DNA of 64,000 nucleotides from the NCBI GenBank assembly GCA_004431415.1, contig QPMI01000588.1, forward strand, positions 124,001 through 188,000, read 5' to 3'. This DNA comes from Cyanophora paradoxa CCMP329 (Eukaryota > Plantae > Glaucophyta). Below the pieces are notes generated by a model that had not been told where the DNA came from, did not search any database, and saw only the letters and a program-made list of their open reading frames with translations. Position numbers and translations under genes: made by a program. Positions 30,378 through 44,109 of this stretch are shown one piece after another (the stretch's first letter is position 1; every line of letters begins with the position of its first letter).

Positions 30378-33300
30378 ATGTACAGGAAGCAGTTCAGCGC
30401 TTCTATCGAACGCAGGCGGCCGCGGATGCGGCCGCGGCCGGCGCCCCGCCGGCGCTGGCACCTGGTCCCAGCATGCGCAGCGGACGTCTGCTCCCCGCCT
30501 GCACAACCCGCCGGCGCCACGTACGAGCAGAACGCGGGCCCCCGAGCGGCACGCCTCAACGAAACGCGCGCCGCCTTCTCTCGAGCCGCCACCGCGTCCG
30601 TCCCGCCTCCACATGTACAACCCAGCCCCGCGCGCGCGACTCACGCGCGCCTCGGTCGGCCCTCTCAGGCACGCCCGGCCCGGCTCCGATCAACCGCCGC
30701 TCTCGGAGTGCTCTTCATCGCGTTCGCGCTCATGGAAGCAGCCGCGGGGATCGCGGCGCCCTGGCGCGCCCGGCCGGACGCTCGCAGGCGCAGCCGGCGG
30801 CTGCTGGAAGACGCCAGCAGCAGCGGAACCGGTGCGCCGGCCGGCCTGTCTCGCCCTCCGCAACGCATTCGACTGAGCAGTGCGCGCAGGAGGCGACGAA
30901 GCGTTCAACGGGGGGTCGGGCGGGGGGGAGTCGAGCTTCACGCTGCAGACGGCCCCCGCGCGGGAGATCGTGATGGCAGCACTGATGCCCAGCTACCCCA
31001 AGGCGCCTCCCCACTCCCCTGCGCCCCGGCCCCTGCGTCCCCCTCTTGATCATGACCTTCCTTTCTGAATTCAGGTACCCGGGCTGGACGGGACGCGGTC
31101 GATGTTCATTGGGCGGGAGGCGACGGGCCGCTTCTTCGTGAGCGAGGTCGACCTCGACGACCTCAAGCCGGCGAGCCCGCACCCCGGCCCTTTTTTACTC
31201 GTATGAAAGCGAAGCGTACCCCCGCAGATCTCGTTCCACTGGATGGAGTACCTCGGACTTCCGGGACCCCCAGATGTATCCGTCGTCGCCGCCGCGGGTA
31301 CGCTTTTCGAGGTCAATTTTTAAAATCCCGCGGCGCCTTCTGATTCTTTCGGCGCAGGCGCGACGCGGAGGATCGCGTACCCCCTGCCCCTGGGACCCGA
31401 AGACGCCCTCTACCTGAGCGCGTACCCCTCCGCCCTCAAGAACGTCACGGGCGAGGTGACTGCTGGCCGGGGTACGCGCTTCCCGCGATCCCGGCTGAGA
31501 GGGATCAGGTTCGGCTCCTCTCGGGAGTAGAGGCGCTGCTGCAGAGCAACCTGACGACGGGAGTCGCCCCGGAGCTCCTGCAGGCGCCCCTCCCCCCTCG
31601 AATCGTACCTAGCGCCCTCTTACCGTACCGGTACCCCCCGCGCAGGCGTACCAGAGGCTGAGGGCCGAGGGGGCCGCGAGCCGCCTCGGGAGGCTGGAGC
31701 AGCTCCTCGCGGGGAACGGCTCGGCGCCCGTACCCCTCAGGACCGGGGTACGGACGGCCGCCTCCGCCGTGGCGGCGGCCATGTCCCGCGCCGGGCGCCT
31801 GGCCCTCCGCGACCTCATGGGGGGTGATCGAATCAAAACGCAGGCGCCCCTCGCATCGCTCTGGCATTTAATTCATTCACGCAGGCGCGATGGAGTACGC
31901 CGAGGTGCTCGCGGACCCGAGCCTCTTCGGATACGCGCGGGACGCGTCGGCGCCGGAGGGGTACGCGTACAGCCCCGAGCTGGCGCGGCAGCAGGCGCAG
32001 CGCGTCATCCTCGAGTCGACCGCGTTCACCGGGAGGGTCCTCTTCTTCGAATTCCTCTCTCTGTCTTTAATTTCCATCTTCCTCACTTTGTTGCAGGTCC
32101 GCAACATCGAGGCGACGGCGCTCTTCTCGAACCTCTACTTCGCCAACTTCTACACGAACAGGCGGAAGGTCCTCCCGACCCTTCCCTCGTCCGACTTCCG
32201 CCTCCAACCCTTCGGCTTCCGGATCCACGCCAGACGCGATACGGATGGCTCCTGGGCGTCCTTCACGCGGACCTTCTGCGCTACGCCTCCGCGAGCGGAA
32301 TCTTCGGCGTGAACGCCGCGCGGTGCTCTCCTCCCTTCCTTCCTCCTTGCTCGTCGCCAAGTTGACTTCTTGCGCTGCCCTCTAGCTCCCCGCCCCGCGG
32401 CTCCAGTTCGCGAAATGGGAGAACGCGGCCGCACTCGTAGCTGTCCACTCCGCCTGCAATTGCAAGCCCCGTCGGCGGAGTTGCGCAGACGGGAGAAAGA
32501 AGCATGGGCGGACCCGGCGTGCGCTGCCCGCTCGGCGTCTCCACTTCGTAGTCCTCCTCCACGGCGCAGTCGACGGTGCCCATCGCCAAATGGTAGAACG
32601 CCTGATTCCACCTCAAGTGAGACCTAAGGATGCGGCGGCTCGAACAAGAGTGCGCTCCAGCCCGCCGGCTGCGCGCACGCGGCCGCGCGGCCCGTCCCCG
32701 AGGTGCTGCGCATCGCGGCGCGGGCGCGGGGGCGGGACCCAGACGCCCTCGACCTGTCCAGCGACGCCGTCCTCCGGTGCGCACTTCCCTCGGCGCGAAA
32801 TCGCGAAGCCTGAAGGCGGGCAGGTACCTCTACACCGGGGAGGGGTCGGCCTCGTCTGGCATGATCGACAACGGGGAGCTCGGCGGCGGGACGGGCTCGG
32901 CGGGTGGCGGGGCGCTGCTGAACGCAACGAGCGCGCCGCCGGTGCTGGCGGACGAGCCGCTCGTGACGCCGCCGCCGGCGTACGACGCGCTCTCGTTCTA
33001 CGCGACCGAGGGCGGCACCGACGGGACGTGCTTCGGCACGTCGGGTGGGACCGGCTCCTGCGCAGGCTCGGACGCCTCGCCAGCGCTCGCCTCGTCGCTT
33101 GGCGGGACGTACACGCCCATCGACGTCGAGAGCGCGCACTGCTGCTGCCCGCAGGTGCGCCTCCGCCGCTCCTCGCCTCGCCCGATTCCTCCCTGAGCGG
33201 CGAGCAGTACGTGGCGTGCATGCCAGTTGCGGCTTGCGCGGTCTGCAGCGGCGAGTCGCACTACGAGGCCACTTGCGGCGGGCTGTGCGTCTTCCCGGCG

Positions 33301-36300
33301 CCGACGGCGACGGCCAGCCCGTCGCCCATGGCCAGCCCCTCTCCAGCCTCGCCCAGCCCGAGCCCGTCGCAGAGCCCCAGCCCCTCCCCAACAATGACGC
33401 CGAGCCCGAGCCCGCTGCCCACGCCGTCGCCCAGCGCTAGCGCTAGCCCGCTGCCCACGCCGTCGCCCACTGCGAGCGCGAGCCCAACGCCGAGCCGCAC
33501 TCCACTCCCCACCCCGGATCCGCTGCCCGGCTCGCGCGGCATCTTCTTCGGCGATTCGCTGGGACTCGCGGACGGAACGCGGATGGCGTCCACGGCATCG
33601 TCGTTCAATTTCGACGGTAGCACCGATCACGGTATGTTTGTCAGTACCGGATTTTCTGCAGAGGGCTGGTGCGTGCTCGTGCCCATCGGGTCTCGCGATT
33701 GCCATCGTTGGGTTAACGTTTGACTCGCGTGTGCAAAGGGTATACTTCATGCCCAGTTTTCATTCGGGAGAGCCGGTATTCTCTTTCATCGGCAAAAACA
33801 AAAACTTCGTGCGCATTGGCCGCAAACGGATTCAAGCAAGGGGGCCTCTGACAGCTGCTGTCGCTTACATTAGACCATCGGAGAGTGCTCGAGCTTCATC
33901 ATTCCTCGAAACCGCAACAACTGCACAGTACGACCGCCCAGTATGCGCATGCATGCCATCCGTTGCTAACTTTCACTCGCCAGTACGTTGCGGGCAAGGT
34001 CACGCTGGCGGTGGCGTACCAGGTCTCAGGCAAGGACGACGTGCTGCCCCTCTTCAGCGGCTCTGCGGCCGTTCCGGTGCGACGGAGTCCATTCATCTTA
34101 AAGCTTGTGATCATGGCGCCGATACTTCTGACCGTCGGACTTCGTGCAGACCGGCGCGTGGGTTCACCTTGCAGTAGTGAGTTTCATCGATCGATCGCGA
34201 TTGGCCGGCTGTCGTCCATTTTGCCTGATTTGCGTTTGGCCCAGGTTCAAGCTGGTGGATGGGAACACATCACTTTCGTGCGTCTAGAATGCAAAACGCT
34301 CCTCCTGGGTCTAATTAAGCGAGCAGCCGGGGGTGTCCATAGACGTGTTCAAGTCAACGTTCAGAGGTTCGCCAGCGCTTCCTCCAATTTCATCGCACCC
34401 CTTAATTACCCGTACAGGTTACATCAACGGGGAGCAAGTAAATTCGATCACTGCCGCAGACAACTCTGTCTTTTCCGCCGGCAGCATTAAAGTGCACCTG
34501 GGAGCCCATGGGACGCAGAGGACGGTGGATGGAAAGCCTGGGCCTCCGTTTCTCAAGCTTGCTGCGCTCGCAGAGTGGGCCCTCTGGGACTCGGCCCTCG
34601 ACAGTTCGGATGTCCGCCACCGAGCGCGAGGGGCAGATGTAGCGTGGAATTACTTCTATACTCCAACGAAAGTCGTCGACTACCCCTGCGACAGCAACGC
34701 CTACTGTCTGAACGTGCGTATTGCCGAAGCTAGCCTACGTGTGATACGTTCCGCCCATGCGTGCTCTATGAGCGCAGCGCACATCGAAGACGCTGCAAGA
34801 CACGTCGGGCGGAGGCCATCCGGCGTCGATCATTGGCGACGTCACTTTCCTGAACGCAAGCTGCCTGCACGCGATGTCGGCCCCCGTGGTTAACGTTAGG
34901 CCGGAGGCGCCAGTGCCGCTGCCTGGGAGACGGGGCATCTTCTTCGGCGGAATTCCCGGAGCCGGATATATATATACAGCAACGACAACAAAAAGTACGC
35001 GAAAACGGGGTTTTTCTCCTGGTCAGGCAGCTCCAACGGAATTAGCTTCGAAGGCCGGTGCGGAAAGAAAAAGCATATTCGCACTTTACAGAGAGCTAAT
35101 TGTCGGCCCGAACAGGGTATACTTCACGCCAGGCAACCATACTATAGAAACCCTCGTCCAAATCTCGTCGAATTATGGTCGTGAATTTGTACGCCACTGT
35201 TTGCCCGTCTGTGATCACGATCGATCATCGATATCGTCGAACTGATCATGATGGCTTCCTACAGTCTCTCTCCGAGCCGTCGCTATACGGGCAACCAATC
35301 GGGTTTTTCGTGCCCCGTGCGTTCGTCTTAGGAATTATCGAATCTTCATGACGCTCCTGCTGACTGCAATTCGTCTCGTCCGAAAGTCCGCGGAAGGAAA
35401 GGTGGCGCTTGCCGCGTTGACGGGCTCTACAGCTGAAGGCTTGCTGCCCATCTTCTGTGGCGCATCGGGCGTGCCGGTACGTCTTTATTCGCGGCATCCT
35501 TGTGTTAAGCACTGACAAACCTGAATCTCGAAACACTTAGACGGGCGCCTGGCAGCACATCGCCGTCGTACGTCATCTGATTGATCGCCGCTATATGAGA
35601 GTAATTGACCGCTCCGCAGACCTTCGATGCAGACAATTCAACGTTGCGCGGCTTCATCAACGGCACCAACGTAGCGATCGTAAACGTTACGCTGCCTTGG
35701 CGAACTGGCTTTGATGCGAATCCATCGATGACCGTTCTTCTGGGATCAGCTGGATTCGGTCAAATCGGCTGGCTAAGATTCACGGCGATGGCCGGATGGA
35801 CGATCTGGGAGCGCGAGCTCTCGGGGGCGGACATCCTCAACCGCTTCAGCGGAGCCTCCTTGCCTGACATCTACTCAAAGTTAGTCGAATTCCCGGCTGA
35901 CAACGTCGACTACTGCCTAACCGTGCGCCCCCCCCCCCACCCCACCCCCCCCCACCCACCCCCCCCTCCCCTCCCCTCCTCTCCCCTCCCTCCCCCAATT
36001 GCAATCTCCGCGCCTTGCCTGTTCAATCACTTGGGTCGGCTAATCACCGTGCAGCCGAACACCACGGTGCTGCGGGACACGTCAGGGCATGAACGAGCGG
36101 CGACGCTCGTGGGAGACATCGTGTTCATCAGCAGGGACTGCTCTCCAACGCCAAGCCCGAAGCCGACCGAGACGCCGAGCCCAAGCCCGTCGCCGACAGA
36201 GACGCCGAGCCCAAGCCCGTCGCCGACAGAGACGCCGAGCCCAAGCCCGTCGCCGACAGAGACGCCGAGCCCAAGCCCGTCGCCAAGTCCCAGTCCGTCG

Positions 36301-39300
36301 CCGGCCGCGGAGCCCTTGCCACTAGCTCATGCTGGAGGACTAGGCAAGCTTCAAGCTTGTCTTTTTTGCGCAATCGTCCGACGGTCGTATCGGCCCGTGA
36401 CTTGTGAGCAGGGATCTACTTTGGACCCAATGGAGGCTATGCTAGCACCCCAAGCATGAATTGGGCGGGCGTGAACAGCTCTACCGGCGGATTCACGGTG
36501 GAAGGATGGTTTGCATATATTTCCTTCATATTTTTGAGCCTCTACGTATACAGCTTGGATCAACCTTCCTCTTCAGGGTCTACTTTGTTCCAGGTAACCA
36601 TTCTGGCGAGGTGGTCTTCTCGTTCCGCAAGGGGGGTGCCGGGGACAATGCCCCCTACACTTTTGTGAGCTGCTGTTTGCCTTCGTGCGCACCGTGTACA
36701 TTTATCCTGTGGCGCAGACTATAGCCGAGTGCTCTTTCTTCACAATGGCCGCCGGCCGCCGGCATTCTTGCACCGTGCGCTTCGAAGTCCGACATGAATT
36801 TGCTGGGATCAGTCTCATCTCGATGCGCCGCAGGATGCGGCTGACAAAGTCTCTCTCGCTGTGGGCATCGACACACCGGCAGGCGCCGGCGGGAACGACG
36901 TGCTACCCCTGTTCAGCGACGCATCGGGCGTGAACGTGCGCATCCAGCCGCACGCCGCCACATCGATGCGCGCACGTCTGACCAGTACAGGCGCAAACAG
37001 AAGGGGAGCTGGAATCACATCGCCGTGGTGCGTCGAAGCTCATCAGCGCTGCCGGTCGTCGCGATCGATCCTAACCGTGCACGTGCATGCTTCGTAGGTT
37101 TTCGTCGACAGTGCTTTTTCCACCTCGGTTGAGGGCTACCGGAACGGCGAGCTGAGAACGACAATGTCCGTGGGTGGTGTGAAACAGAATTACGACTCCG
37201 CGTCCATAGAGGCTTTCTTGGGGGACCATTCGGTCGGTAGCAAGGGCACTGCGCTGGCGGATTGGGCAATGTGGGAGGGCCCGCTTTCCGCCTCCGTGGT
37301 TTCGAGTCGCGCCCAAATGACCGACTATTCAACAACCATTCCGCAACTCTTCCATTACGCAACGGACTCGTGCGGCGTGCGTTCACGATTTGACCCCCCA
37401 CGAGCGCTCTTCATGCTCCAGCGCAGACGATTTCGGCGACTCTGGCGGACACGTCGACTTCCGGGCACGAGTACACGGCGACACTCGTCGGAGACTTTAA
37501 GTGGCTCTTCACGGAATCTGGATGCGTCATCCGGAGGCGCGCCATGCGGCAGCTGGCTTCGTCCGCGCAAGACGGGCTTGTCCACGACGCCGTCAACTGG
37601 TAATTCGGCCTCGCTTATCACACGCGTGCGATCGCGAGTCTTTCTGATCATGAACGCCTACGCTTAGGTACATGCCGACGTACAGCCTGCGCTACTGCCC
37701 GGCTTCTGGGGCTCTCCTCCTGCCGCTCGACGCGTTCGCCCCACCGTCCGCCGCCGCCAATTCGCCCCTCTTCCGCTTGTTCCTCCCCGACGGGTACTCC
37801 ACGAACCCGTTCCCCATGTATGCCCCCGCGCTCCAGAAGGCGTGGGCGGTCGCATACCCCCCCGCGCCTGTCGTCCAAGCGATGGTGGCCGACCCCCGCG
37901 AGGACCCCCTGGACCCGTCCTCGTTTGCGCGCCTTCACGCCATCGTTCGCTTCCCGCTCTTCCCGGCGGCGGCCGCGCTGGGCCTCTCGGCCGACGAGGT
38001 CGCCCTCCTCTCGAACGCGTCGCTGCGCGGCGACATTCCCATCGCCGGCGCCGTGCGCCACCTGACGCTCCGCCTGACGTGGCTCGTGCACCCGCCCGTC
38101 GCGGACGGCGCCGCGGCCGCCGGCGACGGCGGGCGCGGCCGCGCGGACCTCTCGGCGGCCGACCTGCTGCACAACGTGTCCATCCGATCCGACGATGCGT
38201 TCATCGCCCAGAACGCTGCCCCGCGGTACGCCTCGTCGGGCCACGGCGCGCTGGAGGGCCGGTTCGTCGAGGGCGCCAGGTTCGGCTTCTACGTCGTGGG
38301 CGACACCGTCCTCCGCTTCCGGTCCGCTTATCGAAGCATCTGCTGAGCGCTCCGCCGCTGAACGGTGCGTCGAGCAGGCGTCCGAGCGCCGCGGACCGGA
38401 GCGCGATGGGCGGGGCGTTCGCGGGCGAGTTCCGCCTGACAGAGGCCGCCGGATGGGCGCCCTCGCGCGACCTCTGGTACAGCGTCGGCGCGGCCACCGT
38501 GCAGGACGGAGCGCTCTTCGTCGCCCGCGAGGTCCGACAGAGTCGGAAGGAGAGATGGAGAGATGGGGAGGGCGCAGCCTGAGCTCCGCGCAGGTTATGT
38601 CGGCCCCGGACGGCCCCGGCCTCCCTTCGGACCGCTTGGACGCCGACTACACCGTCCGCTCGCGTTTCCATTCCGCATACGCATCTGCCCGAGCTCGAGG
38701 GCCGACCGCGCTTGCAGGGGCGCAAGGTCGACTTCTCGGCGCCCTTCGCCACCGCCGCGCATCTCGTGAAGCTTGCCGGCGCCGATGACGAGTCCGTCGG
38801 CCGCGCCGTCGTGCTCCGCGGCTTCACGCCCGGCGTCCGGTGCGCCGCCCGCCGATTCGATTCGACGCTTCCCCCTCTCCAACGCTTTAAAATTTGCAGG
38901 GGCGTTCTGGCGCCGGAGGGCGCGCCGCCGGCGGGCGCACCCGTCGGGTCCGGGTCGCGCCGCCTCTTCTTCTACACTCAGAAGAAGTTCGCCGCCTCTC
39001 TGCTTCGCGACCTCTTGAGCTCAGCGTCCGCCGCAGCCCCGAGGTCGTCGCTGTTACGACGGACTGCCCCGCCGGCTCCCGCTTCGCCCTCGCCTCCGGG
39101 GCCTGCGTCGCCCTGCCCGGCGGCCACGCCTCCTCGCGCCACGGGCGAGCACAGGCTTTGCTCAAACCTTATCGGAAGCGGCTGAGGGGTCGCCGCAGGC
39201 TGCTCACGCTGGAGGAGGCGGACGTCTGCCCGCCCAACACGTTCGCCCCGCCGGGCAGCGTCCGCTGCGCGCCGTGCAGGCACCCGATCCCCTCCCTCCT

Positions 39301-42300
39301 CCCGTCCTCTCCTCACCGCGCGCCGCCGAAGGCGCGGGACCTTCTCCGCCAACGCGAGCTCGGCGTGCAGCCCTTGTCCCCAGAACACGTTCGGTCTCCT
39401 CGACGGCGCCGGCTGCACCCCCTGGTGAGCCCTGTAATCTGCATGTTGGAAAGGAGACTCTCTGGCTCAAGTGCTTCTCGCCAGCCCGAGCAACTCGTAC
39501 ACGCCGGCGCTGGGGTGGGCCACCGAGTGTCCCGTCTGCCCCGCAGGCCAGTTCTTGTCGACGATCACGGGCCAGCGACTTTGCCTCGCTTGTCCGCCCT
39601 CCGAGTTCTCGGCCGGAGGCGCGGTCGAAGGCTGCACCGCCTGCCCGGCCGGGTTCGTCCCGACTCAGGCAGCAGATTCCTGCAAACCGTGTCCGGTCCG
39701 CACCCGACTCATCCTAGACCTTGATTCTAGACCTGCATTCCGAATTTCGGCCGAGGTCGGCGCGCAGACGGGCACGTTCCAGGCGGCAGCCAAGGGCCCT
39801 TGCCAGCAGTGCCCCCTTGGAACGGCCGCGCTCACTGAAGGAACGGTCGGTCGATGCGAGCGCTGCGCCGTCGGATGTGCGGCCCTTTCTTTCGCCACCG
39901 CACGGCGAGCATAACATTTTCGCAGCTTACCCGTCCGACGACGGCCGCGAGTGCATCCCGTGCGTCGATCGCGACGTCCCTGCGAAACCTCGCTCTTCCG
40001 CTATTTCTGATCTTTTCTCGATGCGCAGCTGCGCCGAGGGCACGTACATGAAGATCCGCGGCGGCGTTTGCGACGTCTGCCCCGAGAACTCGATCGCGGC
40101 GGAGCGGGGTCAGGGCTCCAACTGCACGGTATCCGCTGTGCCCTTTCTTCCCTCCGCTTCAAGCCGGTGCTGAGATTTTGCGCAGGCCTGCCCCCCCGGA
40201 ACGGTCTCCTGCTGACCTCCGACTTCGATCCCTGATCATGAGTTCGTTGCTGCTGACTTCTGCTCGCGATCAGGTCTCCTCCGCCGACCGCCGCTCATGC
40301 ATGAGGTCCGCCCCGAAATCGAACCCATTTTAAAGTTTCGCTGTGCATACGCCTCCGATCCGCCTGACTCGATTCCAGCTGCCCGCCCGCGCAATACCGC
40401 TCCGCGTCCCTCTCCTCGTGCACGCGCTGCCCCGAGGTGCGGCCCTCACTTTGCCCACCCTGCTGTCTCCAATTCGACCCGTGAACCCCAGGGCACCTAC
40501 GCGGAGGGGTACGGCTCGGCGGAGTGCACGCACTGCCTGCCGGGCTTCGTCTCGCGGCCGGACCGCCTCGGCTGCTCCCGTGCCGCCCCTCCTTCCTCGG
40601 CTGCGCGCCGTCCTCCCCTTCACGCACCGGACCGCAGCGTGCCCCGCGGGGACGGCCCCCGGCGCCAACCGCACCTGCGCCGCCTGTCCCCCCCGCACGT
40701 ACGCCGACGCGGCCGCCACGGCGTCGTGCAAGGCCTGCCCGAGGTCCCTAGAATCCATTTCCTTAGTCACTAGCGTCAGTCGACGTCTCAGCGCGCCCGC
40801 AGCGGCTACGAGTCGAGTGGTGACGCCCACTCGTGCGTCGCCTGCCGCGCCGGTGCGCTCCCCGCCCTCTCGTCGCGACCTGCACCCCGTCCCGCCTCAT
40901 TTAATTTCCGCCGCAGGCTGGCACCTGCCGTTCGGGGCATCCACCTGCGCCGAGTGCCCCGCCAACTCCATCTCTGCTGATGCGGCCTCCACTTCGTGCT
41001 CCGTGCGCCCCTCGCTCGCCTTAGACTCCTTTGCCGGCCGTTCACACGGTTCCGCAGCCGTGCCGGGAGGGCTACGTCAGCAGTCCGGACCGCACGCAGT
41101 GTTGGCCGTGCTCTGCAGGTTGTCGCACTTCGCCTCTTAAGCTTTAAGCTTGCGTCAAAGTCTCGCATCTCTGACGCGCGCGCTTCATGATCAGGCACGT
41201 TCCGCAACGCAACGGGCCTTACGTGCACGCCCTGTCCGTGGGGCACCTTCTCCGCCTCGCCCGCCTCCGTCTCCTGCACTCCGGTCGGCCGCTCTCCGCC
41301 CGCCCGCCTCCGCTCTTCGTTAACCGCGCCGCAGTGCGGGGCCGGAGAGCTGTGCCCCCTCGCCTCCAGCGAGCCCCTGGAAGCCGTCGTCGACGAGGAC
41401 TTCGAGTGGGCGGAGCTCGAGGAGGCGGCCGAGGGAGGGGTGGCGCGCGCCGCCCGCGCCCGCCGGCGGCTGCGCGAGTCCGGAGCGGCGCGCCGCGGCC
41501 TGCGCTCGCACGCCCGGGAGACGGAGAGCGTGCTCGTCAACGTCCGCCGCGCGGCGCTCCGGATCCTTTGTCACACACCCGCTGACGCTCTCGGGCAGTA
41601 CGGGAACCTCAACTGCACGGTCAGCGAGCCCTCCATCAAGGACGAGACGGACGCGGTGGGCCCCTCTGCTCGCGCGCTTCGATGTGTGGTCGCGATCGCT
41701 TGATTCGCCCATCGCAGAACCGCGTCCTTGCGGACCGCTTCATCATTCTGGGGAGCGCCTGCCTGGCCGGGTCCGATCTAAATCTGCAGGCCGCCATCGA
41801 TGAGCCGCGAATATTCATGTGACCTCCGCGCAGCATGCTCTTCGTGGGGATCGTCTTCTACGTCTGGATCTACCTGATCCCGCGCCACCTCGCCCACATG
41901 TCCATGCGCGAGCGGGCCGGCAAGGTCCTATCATTAATATTTCCAGCCGGCTGCACCCTTTTATTCTCTCCTCTAACTGTGGCTCAGGTCGCGTGGCTGC
42001 ACTACTTCTACCGCGACGACGATACCGCCCCGCGCACCATCAGGCAACTCGAGCTCCCTCCTCGCGTGTGGCTTCGAGATGACCCGGGACCTCCTCACGC
42101 GTGGGGCGCAGCGGGGCCTTCTTCACGGTCCTGGGCGCGACGGCCGTGGCTGTGGCCGTCTCCTTCGTCGTGGCGCAGCAGGCGACCGCGAACTTCATGG
42201 TCACGCAGGTCCCCCGATCTGACCGCCTCTGATCCCGACGCCCGCTGCCCCCTGGCCACGGTGACGTTGGCGTTGGGGCCGGGCAGAGTCTGAACCCCGG

Positions 42301-44109
42301 GGTGAGCCCGACGCTCGCGAGCATCGCCGGCGAGTTCGGCGTCGCCGTCGCGTTCCGCGGCTACCCGGGGCCCTGCGTCGCCCCGGCCAGCGGCGGCGCC
42401 GCCTCCGCCAGCTCCGCCGACGCCCGCGTCGCCCTCACCGGTGCCCACATCCCTGCTTCTACTCGGACAGAATCTGAAACCGCGCAGGCATCGCCGCGAC
42501 GTCTGCGGCGGCTGCAACGGCGATGACGCTGCAGGCGGCACCCGGCGCCGGCAAGACCTGCACCGTCCGCTGGTCCTGCACCTCCTGCCGCGTCTCGAGC
42601 TTCGAGTCCGGCGGCGGCACCTCCGTCGAAGTCGAGCTCGCGCCGCCCTTCTCCTTCCCCCTCTCTTTGGCCATGGCCGCCTCTGTCCAGTTCGTCGTAA
42701 AGGTAGTCGACCTTTCTTCGTCCTGTGTTTCTATCCATCTTAGACGGCGGCAGCTCCCCGGCGGTACGAGCGTGAACGGCTCGGCGACGCCGGCGGCGGC
42801 CGAGCGGCTCTTCCGCGGCGAGACGGCCGCGCGCCTGCCGGTGACGCTGACGGCGATGCACTTCGCACCTGCCGGCGACGCTGACGGCCTTGCGCGCTTC
42901 AAGGTTCGAATTCGCCGCAGTTTCTCGGACAGACGTGCGCTGCGACTGACGGGGCGCATGCGCAGCCCGGGGCGATGGCGGTCGACAACGCGGCGGCGGA
43001 GGTGGGCGAAGCCACCTTTGAGCCCCTCTCCCGCCCCCAGGCGCGCCCCTCGAGCTCCCAAGTGCACCGGTAGATTTGTTTGATTTCGGCTGACGTCGAC
43101 GCGCGCCGCGCGGCAGAACCGGGTCGCGTTCCGCGTCGACTTCGCGATCGCCCCCAACTACGTCCTCGTCGACCGCAAGACCAAGAACGTGCGCCCGCTC
43201 GCCGATTTCATTTCATTTCAAGTTCCCTCCGTTTGATTCAGCGTCCCTCAGTCCGTGCTGGACTTCCTGTCGGGCCTCTACGCCCTGGGCCTCGCCGCCT
43301 TCGAAGTTGTCGCCCAGGTCCGTCCTTTGAGTTCCGAGGTTCGGCTAAACTGACTTAGCTTCGCTCGCGTTCAGCTCCTGGCTTTGTACGTCGTCCTCAT
43401 CAGGGTCCTCCGGGTCCGTCGGCGTCACGCGGCCGTCGCCTTAAAGCTTATAATTAGCTTGTCGGCTCTGACGCCCGCGCAGAGGCGGAAGATGGTGACG
43501 GTGCGGGAGACGGAGGAGGACTTCGAGGGGGCGGACCAGGACGAGGACGCCTCGGTCACGGCGTTCAGGGGCGTCGGGCCGGGGGCCTTCGCGCCGGGGG
43601 AGAGCGGCAAGGGCGCGGCGGGGCTCCAGCGCCGCAAGTCGGACGGCCACCTAAGCGTGTCCTCGAACCCTCCGGCGGCGTCGCCGAGGCGGGCGCGCGA
43701 CCGGCGCGCCTCGACTTCGGACGCGGACCGGGACGCGCCGGCCGGCCATGGCCAGCGGCCGCAGCGGGACGAGCTGCCCGCGCCCCCGCTGCTGGTGCAC
43801 GTGGCGGTCTCAGAGGAGGGCACGGGGGCGGCGCCTTCCGTCTTCCAGCCCCCGACGATGCTCTCCCTGCAGACCGACCCCGACAGCGAGCTCGCCGGTG
43901 CCGCGGCGCTCCCGCCCTGCGACACGCCGACGGACGTCGACAGAAGGACGCCGGCGCCAGCGCCGCAGCAGGGCGGCTCGGCCCCCACCAGGTGTCCTCC
44001 TGCTCGTGCGGAGGAAAGCCACCCCGGCTCCGGCCAACACCTCAGCCCGCCGGCACCAGCGGCTGCGGCTGGGCATGGACGCAGAGAGCCGGTGGAGGTC
44101 GTGCTGTGA
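30378..44109 (+). CDS. Very large multi-exon cell-surface protein (possibly more than one gene): LamG-like domains, S/P/T linkers, Cys-rich ephrin-receptor-like (GCC2/GCC3) repeats, transmembrane segments
   Basis: Signal-like [14 protein letters not shown]; repeated LPG.RGIFFG, DVLPLFS and G.W.HI motifs; many C..CP.G repeats at 39200-41280; hydrophobic [15 protein letters not shown]; short introns ending GCAG. Start and exon structure are approximate. Confidence 0.55.
36170..36289 (+). repeat. 30-bp coding tandem repeat x4 ([10 protein letters not shown])
   Basis: GAGACGCCGAGCCCAAGCCCGTCGCCGACA repeated. Confidence 0.85.
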
